A stretch of 64,000 nt of DNA, taken from contig LSRY02000013.1 in NCBI GenBank assembly GCA_001643675.2, forward strand, positions 62,001 through 126,000, read 5' to 3'. The stretch's first letter is position 1. Every line of letters starts with the position of its first letter. The stretch is from Monocercomonoides exilis PA203. Taxonomy: Eukaryota; Protista; Preaxostyla. Under the pieces are notes generated by a model. That model ran no database searches and was not told the origin of the DNA. It saw nothing but the letters and a program-made list of their open reading frames with translations. Shown one piece after another: positions 38,672-50,700 of the stretch. The translations under genes were made by a program, and so were the position numbers.

Positions 38672-38968
38672 GAACTGCAGTCATCCTACATGAAGGCTGC
38701 CCAAAGACCCAATCCGATTGCTCAAATCTGTCTTCCCTCAAGCTGCAATGAGGCAACTTTGCGCTGCTCAGTTTCCTGCCTGACGCGGTTCATCGCTCTT
38801 TAACAACAAAGCCACGTGTCTTTCCAGTCACGCGCCTATGTTGACACTGCTTACCGAGGGGCAAATCTTCAACGCAACCAACACTGGGATTGAAACAACC
38901 CAGCACCATTCCCACAACCCACATGGAGGGCAGGCTACCCTGACAGTGGCGCGCAACTACCACCTCCG
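38666..38968 (-). ncRNA. Signal recognition particle RNA (7SL/SRP RNA), ~300 nt
   Basis: The minus strand contains the helix-8 SRP54 site GAACCGCGTCAGGCAGGAAACTGAGCAGCGCAAAG (cf. human GAACCGGCCCAGGTCGGAAACGGAGCAGGTCAAAA) and a helix-6 hairpin GCGTGACTGGAAAGACACGT. It also has a 5' Alu-like domain GGAGGTGGTAGTTGCGCGCCACTGTCAGGGTAGCCTGCCCTCC with a UGUNR motif. It is a GC-richer island ending in T7. Confidence 0.9.
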
Positions 38969-38985
38969 ATTTACAACATTGCGAA

Positions 38986-39034
38986 TTTTTGGTATATATA
39001 CCGAAAAAACGGCAATATTATCGAATTAGGGGAT
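38986..39034 (-). promoter_or_regulatory. Putative upstream Pol III promoter of the SRP RNA gene: TATA box plus USE/PSE-like element
   Basis: TATATATA at 38993-39000 lies ~25-33 nt upstream of the RNA 5' end, inside a near-palindrome TTTTTGGTATATATACCGAAAAA. ATCCCCTAATTCG (39034-39022) lies ~21 nt further upstream and resembles the plant USE RTCCCACATCG. Confidence 0.5.
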
Positions 39035-39668
39035 AGATCACAAATTCAAATATTTTTTATTTTTGAAAGCTTGATTGTTTAAAATATTTTCTTAAAATTT
39101 CTTAATTTTCTCGCTATTCGGTTCATTTAGTTTTTGTTTTTATAAAATTAATGAAAAATTGCTCGATGAAAGTTAGAATATATTTTTGATTATTTTTTTG
39201 AAAAGTTTAATGCGTATTAATCAAATAATCAAGATATTTGTTTAAATGTTGAACTTCTGTTTGACTTTTATGATGCATTTCATGTTAAAATTAAAATTGT
39301 GCAAAATAAAAGAAAAATTGAAGTTACAATCATTATTTTCTTATTTTCAAGTTGACATGCTCTCAGTTTCTTTCATCAAACATTTTGTGTTTGTAAAAAT
39401 ATGGATGATAATAAATGAGTTATATTTAAATCTTATAATTTCTATCGATGAATGATTATATATTTTTACAAGAAAAGAAAAGAATGAACCAATATGCATC
39501 TCCATCAAAGACTATTTTATTTAGGACGAAAAGCCAAAAAAAAAAAAAAATAAGTGAATACAAAAAATGTTAACTTGAAATGAAATTGCCATCTCTTGTT
39601 CATGCTTAACATAAACTGAGAAATAACTATTGTCCACCAAAATACATGAAATGATTTCTTATATACAT

Positions 39669-41690
39669 CTACTCTTCTTTTTCTGCTTTTTGTTCAGTTT
39701 CTTTTTGTGCTGCTTCTTTTTGTTCTGCCTCTTTTGCTTTTGCCTGTTCCCTTCTTCTTTCTTTCTCTCTCCTTTTTGCTTCTTTTTTGGCCAGCTCTGC
39801 TGCTTCCTTCTCTTTCTGCTCTCTTTCTGCAATTTCCCTCTCTTTCCTTTCTTGCTCTGCCACAACCATCCACACCCTGATCTGCTCAATAAGCTCTTTG
39901 TCTTCCAGCGAGAATGTCTTCATCTTCACTTCCTCTGCCTTCTCAGTCTGGACACTATCTGAAGGTGTTGAAGAAGAGGAAGGAGCCAACGAAGATGACT
40001 GAGAAACAGAGCTCTCTGCATTCTCTTTGCTTTCTTGAGGCTTCTTCCCCTTTCCTCCACCAGGGGCATTCTTCTTTCGCTCTTCCACGCGCTTCGCCAC
40101 AACTGTCCCTTCCTCCACTTCTCTCTGCCCCATCTGCACAAGCACTGCTATCTCCTGCCGCACACACTCCGGAATGATCTGCTTCGTGTTGCAGTTTGTG
40201 CTCTTCCACAGCTCCACCCGCAGCCCACTCGCTGCCAGCTTCATCTCTGCCCTGAACAACGCCCCAAGCACCTCTGCGCTCCCAACCTCCTCTTTCGAAA
40301 AGCCGATCGGTGCAACCATCACATCCGCCTTCCCTCTTCCCAGCACCCCTGCCTCTCTCAGCCGCTCCTCTGTCACCAGTGCCACCAGCCTCTCAAACCC
40401 AATCCCAAACCCAATGGCCGGTATGTTCCCCAGCGATGGAGACAGAATCCCAATCAGCTTGTCGTACCGCCCACCTCCAACACACGTGCCCTGCGAGCTC
40501 ATCCCCGTTGCAGCGTCCCAGAAGCACCCTTCGAAGATCAGCCCTGTGTAGTAGTCGTGCCCTCTCGCCAGAGACGGGTTGAAGCACAGGCACAACGGAA
40601 GCGCTGTGCTCGATACAACGCCATAAACCTTCCTAAGCGTGCCAATTGCAGCCACAACTTCGCTTCGCTGAGGAAACGCCAAAAGTGACTGCGCCGATGG
40701 AGCATCTGATCCCGCTGCGCTGCTTAAAGATGAGGAGGTACTTTCGTCTTTCTCTTTCTCGTTCTGATAAAACGGCGAGTCGAGAATCATCTTTTCCACT
40801 TTTTCGAGCATTTCCAGGAATTGCTTGTGCAACGTTTCCGAGAATTTTGTGGTGGGTGCTCCTTCACCCGGAGTGACAGGCTGTGCAACATTCGGCCTGA
40901 TTGCAAATTGATCCAAAAACTCCAGCTTGCTCACTGCTTCCTTGTTCACTCCTTTCCCAATCAGCTCCTCCTCCACCTTCACCCATGGCAGCTTGTCCAG
41001 CTTGTCAATGCTGCTGCAGCACGTCATCTGAAGCTCCGGTTGCACCCCGCACACACCCATCAGCGCCCGCAGAAGCACTCGGTGGTTCAGGAAGATCGTG
41101 AATGTCGGGGTGAGCGAAAGCGCCTGGAATATCTCTGCCAGGATAAGGATCGTGCGGATGTCGGGAAAGTCGGGCATCTCCACCCCGATCATGTCGAAGT
41201 CGAACTGCATGAACTCCCTGAACCTCCCTTTTGCCTTCGACACGTTCTCTCCCCGGTACACCTTCCCATACTGGTACCGAGCAAACGAACGCAGATTGTG
41301 CTGCGCTACATATCGTGCAAGCGATACCGTAAGATCAAACCGCAGAGCCAGCCGCTCGTGCTCCAGAGCGCCGCCTTCTTTCGCTTCTTTCTCGTCCTCG
41401 CTACCCTCCACCCTCGGAACAATATCGTAGATCTGCTTCGTCGTCTCTTCGCTCGCCTTTGCATATAGGATTTCCCTTCGCTCCATCACCGGCGTGTCCA
41501 GCTTCGGTATTGAATGCTTTTTGAAAACAGATTCAATCGTGTTCAGCACCCAGTCCCTCTTAGCCATTTCACTAGGTTCGATATCTTGCATCCCTTTGGG
41601 CGGCTTCAGGATAAATCCTTGTGCCACTTGCTTTCCTTCTGCATCGCTTGAAACAGCAGTCATTATGTTGATCATGCCCATAGCATTCAT
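39669..41690 (-). CDS. HARS: Histidyl-tRNA synthetase with charged C-terminal extension
   Basis: LKPPKGMQD, LRFDLTVSLARY, motif 2 YRGE..GRFREFMQFDFD, RGHDYYTG, GGGRYDKL...GFGIGFERL, and an anticodon-binding domain. Confidence 0.93.
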   Translation of the reverse strand: MNAMGMINIMTAVSSDAEGKQVAQGFILKPPKGMQDIEPSEMAKRDWVLNTIESVFKKHSIPKLDTPVMERREILYAKASEETTKQIYDIVPRVEGSEDEKEAKEGGALEHERLALRFDLTVSLARYVAQHNLRSFARYQYGKVYRGENVSKAKGRFREFMQFDFDMIGVEMPDFPDIRTILILAEIFQALSLTPTFTIFLNHRVLLRALMGVCGVQPELQMTCCSSIDKLDKLPWVKVEEELIGKGVNKEAVSKLEFLDQFAIRPNVAQPVTPGEGAPTTKFSETLHKQFLEMLEKVEKMILDSPFYQNEKEKDESTSSSLSSAAGSDAPSAQSLLAFPQRSEVVAAIGTLRKVYGVVSSTALPLCLCFNPSLARGHDYYTGLIFEGCFWDAATGMSSQGTCVGGGRYDKLIGILSPSLGNIPAIGFGIGFERLVALVTEERLREAGVLGRGKADVMVAPIGFSKEEVGSAEVLGALFRAEMKLAASGLRVELWKSTNCNTKQIIPECVRQEIAVLVQMGQREVEEGTVVAKRVEERKKNAPGGGKGKKPQESKENAESSVSQSSSLAPSSSSTPSDSVQTEKAEEVKMKTFSLEDKELIEQIRVWMVVAEQERKEREIAEREQKEKEAAELAKKEAKRREKERRREQAKAKEAEQKEAAQKETEQKAEKEE

Positions 41691-42260
41691 TTGTTCAATT
41701 CTTTTTTGGTCGTTTCAATGGAACGAGAATGTTCAGAAGGAGACACCGAATGTGAGAAAACAGAAAAATATGCATTCATTCGTGTTCTTGAACAGGATCA
41801 CTGAAGCGATTTTTTATAATGAGCTACATATCTTTGTGTGTGGAGAGTTTTTTTATTTGCGAAAACAAGTGAAAATGAATTTTAAAGCTTTATCCAGAAT
41901 GACATTATAGATTAAAGACATATTACAAAATGCTTCTGGCACCAAATGCTTCATGCTAATTTTGAAGGATTTATAATACGAATTTGAATGAAATTACAAA
42001 AAACTTGTTATAATTATTTGTGATTATATATTCCGAATATAAGAGAAATCCTTTAAAAAGATCAATGTAATTACTATTTATTCGAGTGGAAGCTTGTTCA
42101 CATGCTGGCAGATTCCTTTCGAAAATAGCCATTTGAAGTGAGAGAGAAAAACAAAAAATTCAATAATCCGATCTACAAATTACTGAAAAATTATAAAAAG
42201 ATACGAATAGAACATTTGATGGGAATGCATTGGATCCGCATATCAACTATTCTCAGTCTT

Positions 42261-45200
42261 TCATTTTCTTGAAATAATTGACGAATAACCAGTGTTGGAT
42301 TGGTTATTGCCTTCTTTTGATTCCTCCAAGTCTATTGCATCAGACATTGTGAGCACAGCAGCTCCTGAAGGGAAAAGTTGAATGAACTCTCTTTTGAGAT
42401 GTGTCAAAGTCGGTCTATCTTCTCCGTTTTGTGCAAATCAAGCTTATATTAACTGAAGAAGTTTTGATTCTTCAGCCTTTCTGAAATTCGGAATTTCACC
42501 ATTAACAATCTTTTGACCTGCCACCTCACCTTCATGCTCCCTTAACGGGATGTGGAGTGTCAGGCACTCCCACAGCATCATCCCGATCGAGAACACCACC
42601 GACTTCTTTGTTGCCCCCATGTTCTTGTTGATCAGCAGCTCTGGCGCCTTCCACCTCAAACACTCTTTTCTGTTGTCATCGTCATCCTCAAAGGCAGAAG
42701 AAGGAAGAGAGTCTTCATCATCATCACTTGCAGACGTGATAACAGTCGACGATGAGATGGATGATGAATCAGAATCACCAGATGAGAAGTCAGAATGCAT
42801 CACAATGCAAATGACCATGTGTTCTGAGAATAACACAATGTGAGGACTCAGATTAGCCAACGATTGAAGAGGATTTTCCATTTCATCAAATGAGTGAAGT
42901 GCAAGATTGGCCACCCAGAACAGGATCTGTGCTGCTGCAAGCTCTCGCTCCTCCAGAGTGCCAATCGCCATCAGCTTCTTCTCGTTCCTCCCATGAAGCA
43001 TCATGAACAGCGAATCCCTCAAGTCCACAATCAGCTTCTCATGAGGAGATGAACACGCCATTGCATCCACCAGATTGGACATTGAAGAGGTGGTTGGGCA
43101 TGGATCCTCCCCACGAACAAATGTTGAATCTGAATCAGTTGTTGAAGTGGATGAAATGGATGGAGATGGAGTTCTCTTCCTTATCTCTTCTTCTTCCTTT
43201 TCGTCAACCTTCTCCAGCATCCATTCAGGGATCTTATCTGAATCCTTTCCCAGAATGTATTCAGTCGATCCACTCTCAGCTAGCAAATGCTCTGAAGACT
43301 CTGAATGTTGCATGTTCGTATCATATACCCTCTTCTTCGTCCTTTCATCGTTCTTCTTCTCAGCCTCCCTCTCCGCTCTCCTCCACTGCTCTTCTGGCGA
43401 CATCTCCATCGTCACCATCTCGAATGCCTTCGGATCCTTCTTCACTGTGTCTTCCACAATCACTTCAAGCTCCTCAGTCCTCTTCTTTTGCTTTTTCCAT
43501 CGAATAACAAACAAAATAAATCCTACAAAAACAATAAAAAACAAAACGACCAACACAACCACAATAATCGGCCATGTTGAACTTTCTTTCTTTTCTCCTT
43601 CAACAAGTTTATCATTTCCTGTCTTTGATTCTGTTTTGTTCTTCAGAATCTGCGGAGAAGTCGCAGCCAATTGTTTCCCAAACAAAATCATCACTGACAC
43701 CTCTGTTTCATCTGCAATTGCTGAAATATTTTCAGATGGAATTCTTCCAATCACTTCATTTTCTGATATGAAACTGTCTTTCTCAAAACGATATGTCTCA
43801 ACCAACTTCACATCTCCTGTTTTGAATACAAGTCTGAATGACAAATCACAAGGAAGAAGAAGTGCTCCTTTGAATTTTATTGAAATATTGTTTCCATTTT
43901 CAATGAGGGATGCCTCTTCGAGTTTTGGAATGAAGAAAGATGATGATCTTTCTCCTGCTATTCCACCACGGGTGCATCCATCATTCAGAATCCAAAGCGA
44001 TGAATTGTCTTTCACTCCATCTCCTCCTTTAAAATTGGAAATAGTCAATGAAGCAGAATCAGAGCAAATGATGTTTCGTCGAAGAGAAGGATATTTCTGA
44101 ACAAAAGGATTGTTGTTGAAGAATTCTCCTTTCTCTATTGTCACATTGCCAGCAGATATGGATAATCCTCCTGACGAAGAATTCGATATTATCACATCCT
44201 TCATCATCAATGAAGTATTCGCTGAATGAACAAGTGATCCATTCCATTCGCAGATTTCTTCAAAAGAATTAATTCTGTCACTTTCCTTTTCTTTCTCAAG
44301 AACTCCAATAAATCGACATAAATCCATCAAAACATTCGTTGCATTGCTCACCTCCACAACACTTCCTTTTTCAGACAATGAAACACAATTCGTGCAAGTG
44401 CAGTTTGAAAGTGTTTTTTGAGCAGAAGTTGAAGAAACAGAGAGAACAAAAGGACCTCCTGAATTCCTTGAGCAGTTGTTGAATGAGGAGATTTCAATCG
44501 AAATTGTTCCTGAATTCGTACCATGAATCGCAATGATGCAGCCCTCAGACAGCTTCACTTCTTCGGTCACCACCCAATTAAATGCAACTTCTTTGCATTG
44601 ACCGATCTCAAATACATTTGATGTTGATTCAATCTGTTCCAGTCTGAAATTTGTGATATTGATTTCATCTCCATTTAGCAGAAAAGTTGACTTCTTGAAC
44701 GAAAGGAGTGACACTGAGCAGTTGTCAACATGCAGAATTCCATTTTCGATGCTCAACAATGTTGAATTGAGAACAATCGATTCAATGTTTTCTGATTGGC
44801 CAACCGAAGAGAAATCAACAATTGAAAGAGAAAGCTGTCCATTTGCTTCATGGATAATTGAACTTCCAGAATAACAAAATGACTTGCCAAAGTAAAACTT
44901 AACACTTTCGATCCGAACTTTCTCTGAAGTTGTGATAAGACTTCCCTCGTTGGTTATTGTTGAGTTCAGATGAACCAAAGCAGCTGAGGGAGATTCCAGC
45001 GAGTGTATGCTGACATTATGAGCACTGCATTCCCCAACAACAACTGTTTCCTTTGCGATTAGCAGTTGAGAATATGATGAAGGAATGATATGTTGAACTC
45101 CCGTATCCAATGATTGACATGGTGCATTGAATTCTCCACATTGCTTGCTGTCTGTATGATTTTCAGAAACTGAAGACACAAATATCGTCTCGCTCTGGTA

Positions 45201-46712
45201 TTTCACAACCCTCAGCAGCAGATCTTCTTCCCCCACAAACGAGTCTGTTGTGCAGCCCCATATCGCCCGCTCCTTCACAAAAGGTGCTCGGAAGTCCAGC
45301 AAGAATTGCTCTTCAACAATTTGAGTCTCGATTGAGTGGCATCGGACATACACATCTCTTCCTCTCAATGCAAAATTGTTTTTGAAGGTGATATTCGACA
45401 TCATAAAGTTTAGAGGATTCTCAGCTACAGATGCGCATTCCAGAAACAGCCACCCGCCTCTTCCGGTTGTTGAGCAGAAGCACTCAGAAATCGTACAAAA
45501 AGAGCAATCGAAACTTCCTCCCTCATTCAACACACAAAACATCCCTCCCCCCTTTTCACACTTCAACCCTCCACATCTTTTCATCGTTGTGTTTCGAATA
45601 ACCATTTTCAAAGACTCGCCATTCAAATTTCGAATGACGGGAATATCATCAGTTGTGTTCTGGGTTATATCTTCAAATATATTCCACTCAATAACAATAT
45701 CCTGTTCAATTTCATTGCTTGATTTTTTATCTCCACCTGAGCTCTTTGATATGCTCAACCCATTTGCGCCTTCTATATCGATTTGCTTCATCGTTAAATT
45801 TTTTAAATTCAAAATCGTTGAAGAAAACACAGAAATCACATCCTTTGAAAAAGGCAGCGATTGCATTGTCACTAATTCCAATTGAACTGTGCCTCCATCT
45901 GCCTTGATCAACCCATAGCTGATTATTTCTTCTCTGCTTTCTTCCATTTTAGTGAATGAACAGTCCTTCACAGTCAACAACGCATCACTTGAGCCAACAT
46001 GCATCAAACTTTTTACATCACCAGTGAATGAAGATGACATCACAAAGTTTATCAGTTCGAAGTTTGTAATTCCATGGATCTTCATTGCTGCTCCTTCTGC
46101 TCCTTCAAGCGATGAGAGACACTCTAAAGAACACATTTCTTCATCATCCGATTTCACTGAAATTCCACTCACATCAACACTCTTCTGAAGATACCCTTTT
46201 CCAATGATGTTTATATTCTTTTCATTTCCTTTCGGAAATCGATCCAAAGAATAATCAATTGACAGGCAAGGATAATCTGAGAATCCACACACACTCACAT
46301 CACAACCTTCGCTCCCAATAAATATCTCTGACCCAATCGCTCGCCAGAATAAAACCAGTGGGATGGAATTCGTTGTGTCACTCCCATCAAAACCTCTCAG
46401 CGAATCCAATGAAATATCAGCCAGCTGCTCAGACACAAATGGGAGAGAGGTGTTTGTGATGCTCTTTGTCAAGTTGGATGACTCAACAAACAGATCATTT
46501 CCATATTTGGCAGTATTTGGATTATCAACATCAAACACCGGTAATGATATCACAAACGAAGGATCTCTATCCATCAACTTCAATGCCATTCCTCCTCCAA
46601 AGTCAGATTTCTCCTCTCCAGTTGGTGCAGTACATCCTGTGAATGTGCATGAAATAACATCCAATTGCACATTCACATTATCTGCGAATCAATAACTCCC
46701 ACTTTGTTTCAT
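42261..46712 (-). pseudogene. 5'-truncated, nonsense-bearing copy of the beta-helix ectodomain / TM / pseudokinase receptor family
   Basis: The ORF 42444-46676 starts mid-repeat with no signal peptide, behind an in-frame TGA. Homology continues past the stop as LQLI*A*FAQNGEDRPTLTHLKREFIQLFPSGAAVLTMSDAI...RK* (to 42261), aligned to SLVVSECLSFQPSNRPSLVSISREFFQKFPESAKLPTMTDAL of the paralog. Confidence 0.75.
42544..43504 (-). repeat. Left arm of a 961-bp inverted repeat (partner 58433-59393)
   Basis: Translations are identical in the coding frame and in the overlapping alternative-frame ORFs of the track. Nucleotide spot checks are identical. Confidence 0.9.
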
Positions 46713-47763
46713 AGAAGAAGGGAATAATTCACCTCATTTGAACGCCATGAAAGTTGAATGTTTATAACATTTATTTGCTGTTAAATAAAAAATTCGGTCA
46801 CTGCGAATTCAAGTGTTTGCAAACATTTTCCAACAAAGCTTTTCACATTGCCATCAATTTATTCCCCGTTGGCCATATATCAAATAAACTATTTTCAAAA
46901 CATTGACTGTAATGCTTAAATCATATTTACTCAAATCCCTCTATCTGGATACACAATGTTGCACTCGTGAAAAACCGTGTGATGATTATATCATTTTTCA
47001 CAAATCAAAGCTTTTGGTTTTCCACTCAACTTAGTAACTATTTTTATTTGGAATAGTGTTGTTTTTGATGATTGTAATAAATATATCTTTCTTTCGAATC
47101 TGCATTTAAATGATCACATGTTTTCGTTTCATTTTAACTTGCTTTCTGTTTGTCAATAAATGAAACCATGACTTTTTCTTTCTTCTCCATTTCCTATTTT
47201 TTCTTTTTCGTTAAACAATCATCATCTTTTTCGTTCAAAATACCAGTGCCTCTTAGCTTTTAAAAAGATGATGATAAAAAATCTATCATTCATTCGTTCA
47301 AATGAAAATAAAATTAAATAAACAAACAAAAAAATTTCAAACTAAATTATTTCAAAAGTATATATTTGAAAAAAATATATTTAACCCGATTTTTTCTTTC
47401 AAGTGATATCACTTTATTGTGTTCATTTTTAAAAATATTCAAATCAAATTTTCGAAATGAAAATTATGAACAAAAAAAAATATGATTTCAAAAATTATCA
47501 CCCAAATATTTATTTTGTATTGATATTCAAATTTTATTAGTGCATAAATATTTCCTTTTCTTTTTCCCGCATTTATGGTATTCTAACTTTAATAAAAAGT
47601 TCATTATGCACATATTTCACCTCATCATTAAACATAAATAATAACAAATAGCGCAAATTCATGAATTACTCGAGAACTTTTGATTGCAGATGATGTGCAC
47701 ATTAACTTGGTTTGACAAACAACCCATTATTTCCTTTTGTTTGAAAGTTAAAAATATCGAAAT

Positions 47764-50700
47764 ATGATATTTTCTTTTCTTTTTGCCTCTTTCAACTTCT
47801 TTTTCTCTTTCAATCTTATTGCAAATGTCGAATGCCTCTCATCTTCGAAATCTTGTCCAATGCCTTCCTGTTGTCATCAAAATTCACACATTTTTGATTT
47901 GCTGTCTCTTCAAGATTCAATCAATATCCAAGAATCACACGGAAAGTCTGAATGTTGCATGAAATCTCAATTTGCACTGTTAAATTCATCGCTCATCATC
48001 AATGACGCATCTTTCTGTCAGAATTCATTTTCTTCCACTTTCATATTAAGACTCACATCCAACTTGCGTTTGCATAGTTGCAGAGCGCGATCAAATAATG
48101 ACCACATATCTTCACAAGTATCATCCTGGGGAGGCACCGTGGAGTTATTCAATTTCTCAATAGCATCACACACACATGTTATTCAGCACCCTCTAACAAT
48201 GAATTGTGAAGAAAGCTCGTTATTCATGCTGCAATGCAAAGATTGCACTTTCAATTCATTGATAAATGTTCATGTTTCTTCATTTTTGGCAACTGGGCAC
48301 GTCACATTTTTTATTGCTGATGGATGCAGCTTTTCAAACATTTCTCACTCGCCCTCCCTTCCTCATCGCTTCACATCACATGCTCCCCCATCAATATGGA
48401 ATTCGTGCCTAATCCAGAACTCAAAATTCTATTCATGCCCCAACGCTCAATTTGGAGTTGTTGTCACACCAACACAGAATCTGATGATGATGATGAACAC
48501 TTCATTCTCTCACTCTTCTGAAACTCACTCCCCGACAAACGGCTCCATCAACAGCTATTCTTCAGGAGATGTCATAGCCTATTCGGTCCATTTTTCTGAT
48601 TTGAATGATTCAACTCGCATGGGCTTGGCATTGAACATCGGTGGAAATGCCACTTTGAACGCTTCATGTTGTTTATTCGAAATGATAAATGCGTCAAGCG
48701 ATCACACTGGTGCATACGGAGCAGCTGTGAGTCATGATGGTGCTGGAGCACACAATTCAAGGAAATGCAATTATACAAATTGTACATCTGGATACGCAGC
48801 TGGAGGATTAAACGTGCGTTCATCATCATTAGAAGTTGTGACTTCTTGTTCCTTTTATGAATGTTTTTCGAAGCATTATTCTGGACTATTATTTTTCTAT
48901 GACAAAGGATCTCATTTATTCAAAATGAACACAATTATGAATTGTGTTGCAACAGTTTACTCTGCGGGAATGGGAATCTGTTTTTCCTCGAAGAACTTAA
49001 GCATTTCCGAATGTTATATAATATCATGTTATTCTTCCACTCGACATGGTGCTATTGCTTTTGTGTGGGAACTTGAAAGCGTTCCAGGCATTATTGCAAC
49101 AATTCAATTTTGTTTCTTTGAAAAAAACACAATTGGAAATAACTTGTATGGTTGTGATATTTCAACAAATGGAGCAAACTACAATTCAAAAGTGACAAAT
49201 GAATCTTTCGTTCACAGTTACTCCCTTAGTGATTGTCCAATTCGAGTGACAATTAACTCCGTTGATCACAGCGACTGGCTTGGACGCCCTCCATCAACCA
49301 TCCCAGTTGTGTTCGTGTCATCTGTGTTTGGTAACGATTCTCGAAGTGAATGTGGGTTCGGAGGCTTGCCCTGCAAAACAATCGAAAAGTGAATTAGCAA
49401 AAGGGTCCGTTCACAGCCGTTAGTGATTTCTGAAGGATCATACATCCACGGAACGATTCCTGTTGACGAAATGAACGTGAGTTTGAGAGGCTGTGAATTC
49501 GAAGAGTCGACGCTGACTTCCAATGCAGTTGGTGATGGGAAAGCATTGTTTTCAGTATCATCTGGCATATTGTCTGTTTCATATTTCACAGTGGTGCACA
49601 CTTCTTCGAATTCGAATCCACAATCATCTGTCTTGATGATGAGTGGGAGTGGGCGAGTGACAATACAATTTTCAACAATAAAGGGAGAAGCATCCCCAGC
49701 AACGACTTTTTCAACTCCTTTGATGATTGTTAATGGAGGTCTGGCAGAACTTGCTTCTGTTTGCTTCACAACTTTCAGCAACGAAAAGCAACTGATATCG
49801 TTTTCCTCTCCAAATTATCTGAAAATGAGCGATGTGACTTTCAACACAATCACGCGACAAAGCGGAAATGGTGCAATATTTGAAGCACAACTTTTGGATG
49901 GAAATGAGTTATGCTTGTCAAATGTTTCTTTTGCAGATTGCTTGTGCCTCAGAGGAAACGGGGGTGGGATGCAGATACACATGGAACGTGGATCATCGTT
50001 TTCAATAGGAAATGCATCTGACATAGGAGCAACAGCCAAGATGAACAACTGCCAGGCCATAGGTTCTTCGGTGAGTCCAAGCTGTGGAGGAGGATTGCTC
50101 ATAAAGCTTGACAAAGATGCAGACAACTTTCTTTTGAAGCAGCTGGCGTTTGAAGGGTGCATGGCCGATCAGGGAAACAATCTATTTGTCGATACCTGGC
50201 AGCTGGACAAACTGATAAATACCACAACCCTTGAGTTTGGGCCAGGACGCAATGATCTTGATGGATATGCTGGATATGAGAGATCAACAGCTGGAGAAAC
50301 ATTGTCCATCCCTCTTGTGGTCTATCTGTGGGATAACATGTCTGCGTTTGCACATGTTGGTGGAGAGAAAAGTGCAGATTTCAGCAGGTGCGGGTATTCT
50401 GAGGTCCCATGCTCATCAATTATGTCTGCAGTCTCTCTTTGGTTCAAAGACAGCAACCGTTTTGTTGAGCTTCATTCTCCCTTTTCCCTCAGATCTGAAT
50501 TGCTTCTTGATGCTTTCGGATGGACAATAATGTCAAGAGTTGGCAAAGTGACGATTGGTCTGGACGATTGCAATTTCAGCGGTGAACAAGCAGGGATGAT
50601 TGAAACGGTCTCAAAGTCTGCGCTAACAAACTTCACTTTTGCACTGCCAAAGAGCATTGGCTTCAAAGAGGCATTGATTGTGTGCAAGTCTTCTTCGCTG

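Noticed and set aside
42261-49392. UGA reassignment or selenocysteine suggested by in-frame TGAs aligning with Cys/Gly
   Set aside because: TGA is the genuine terminator of U1-C, RFC4 and IFT46 here, a TAA lies beside one of the TGAs, and no SECIS was recognised. Point mutation is simpler.
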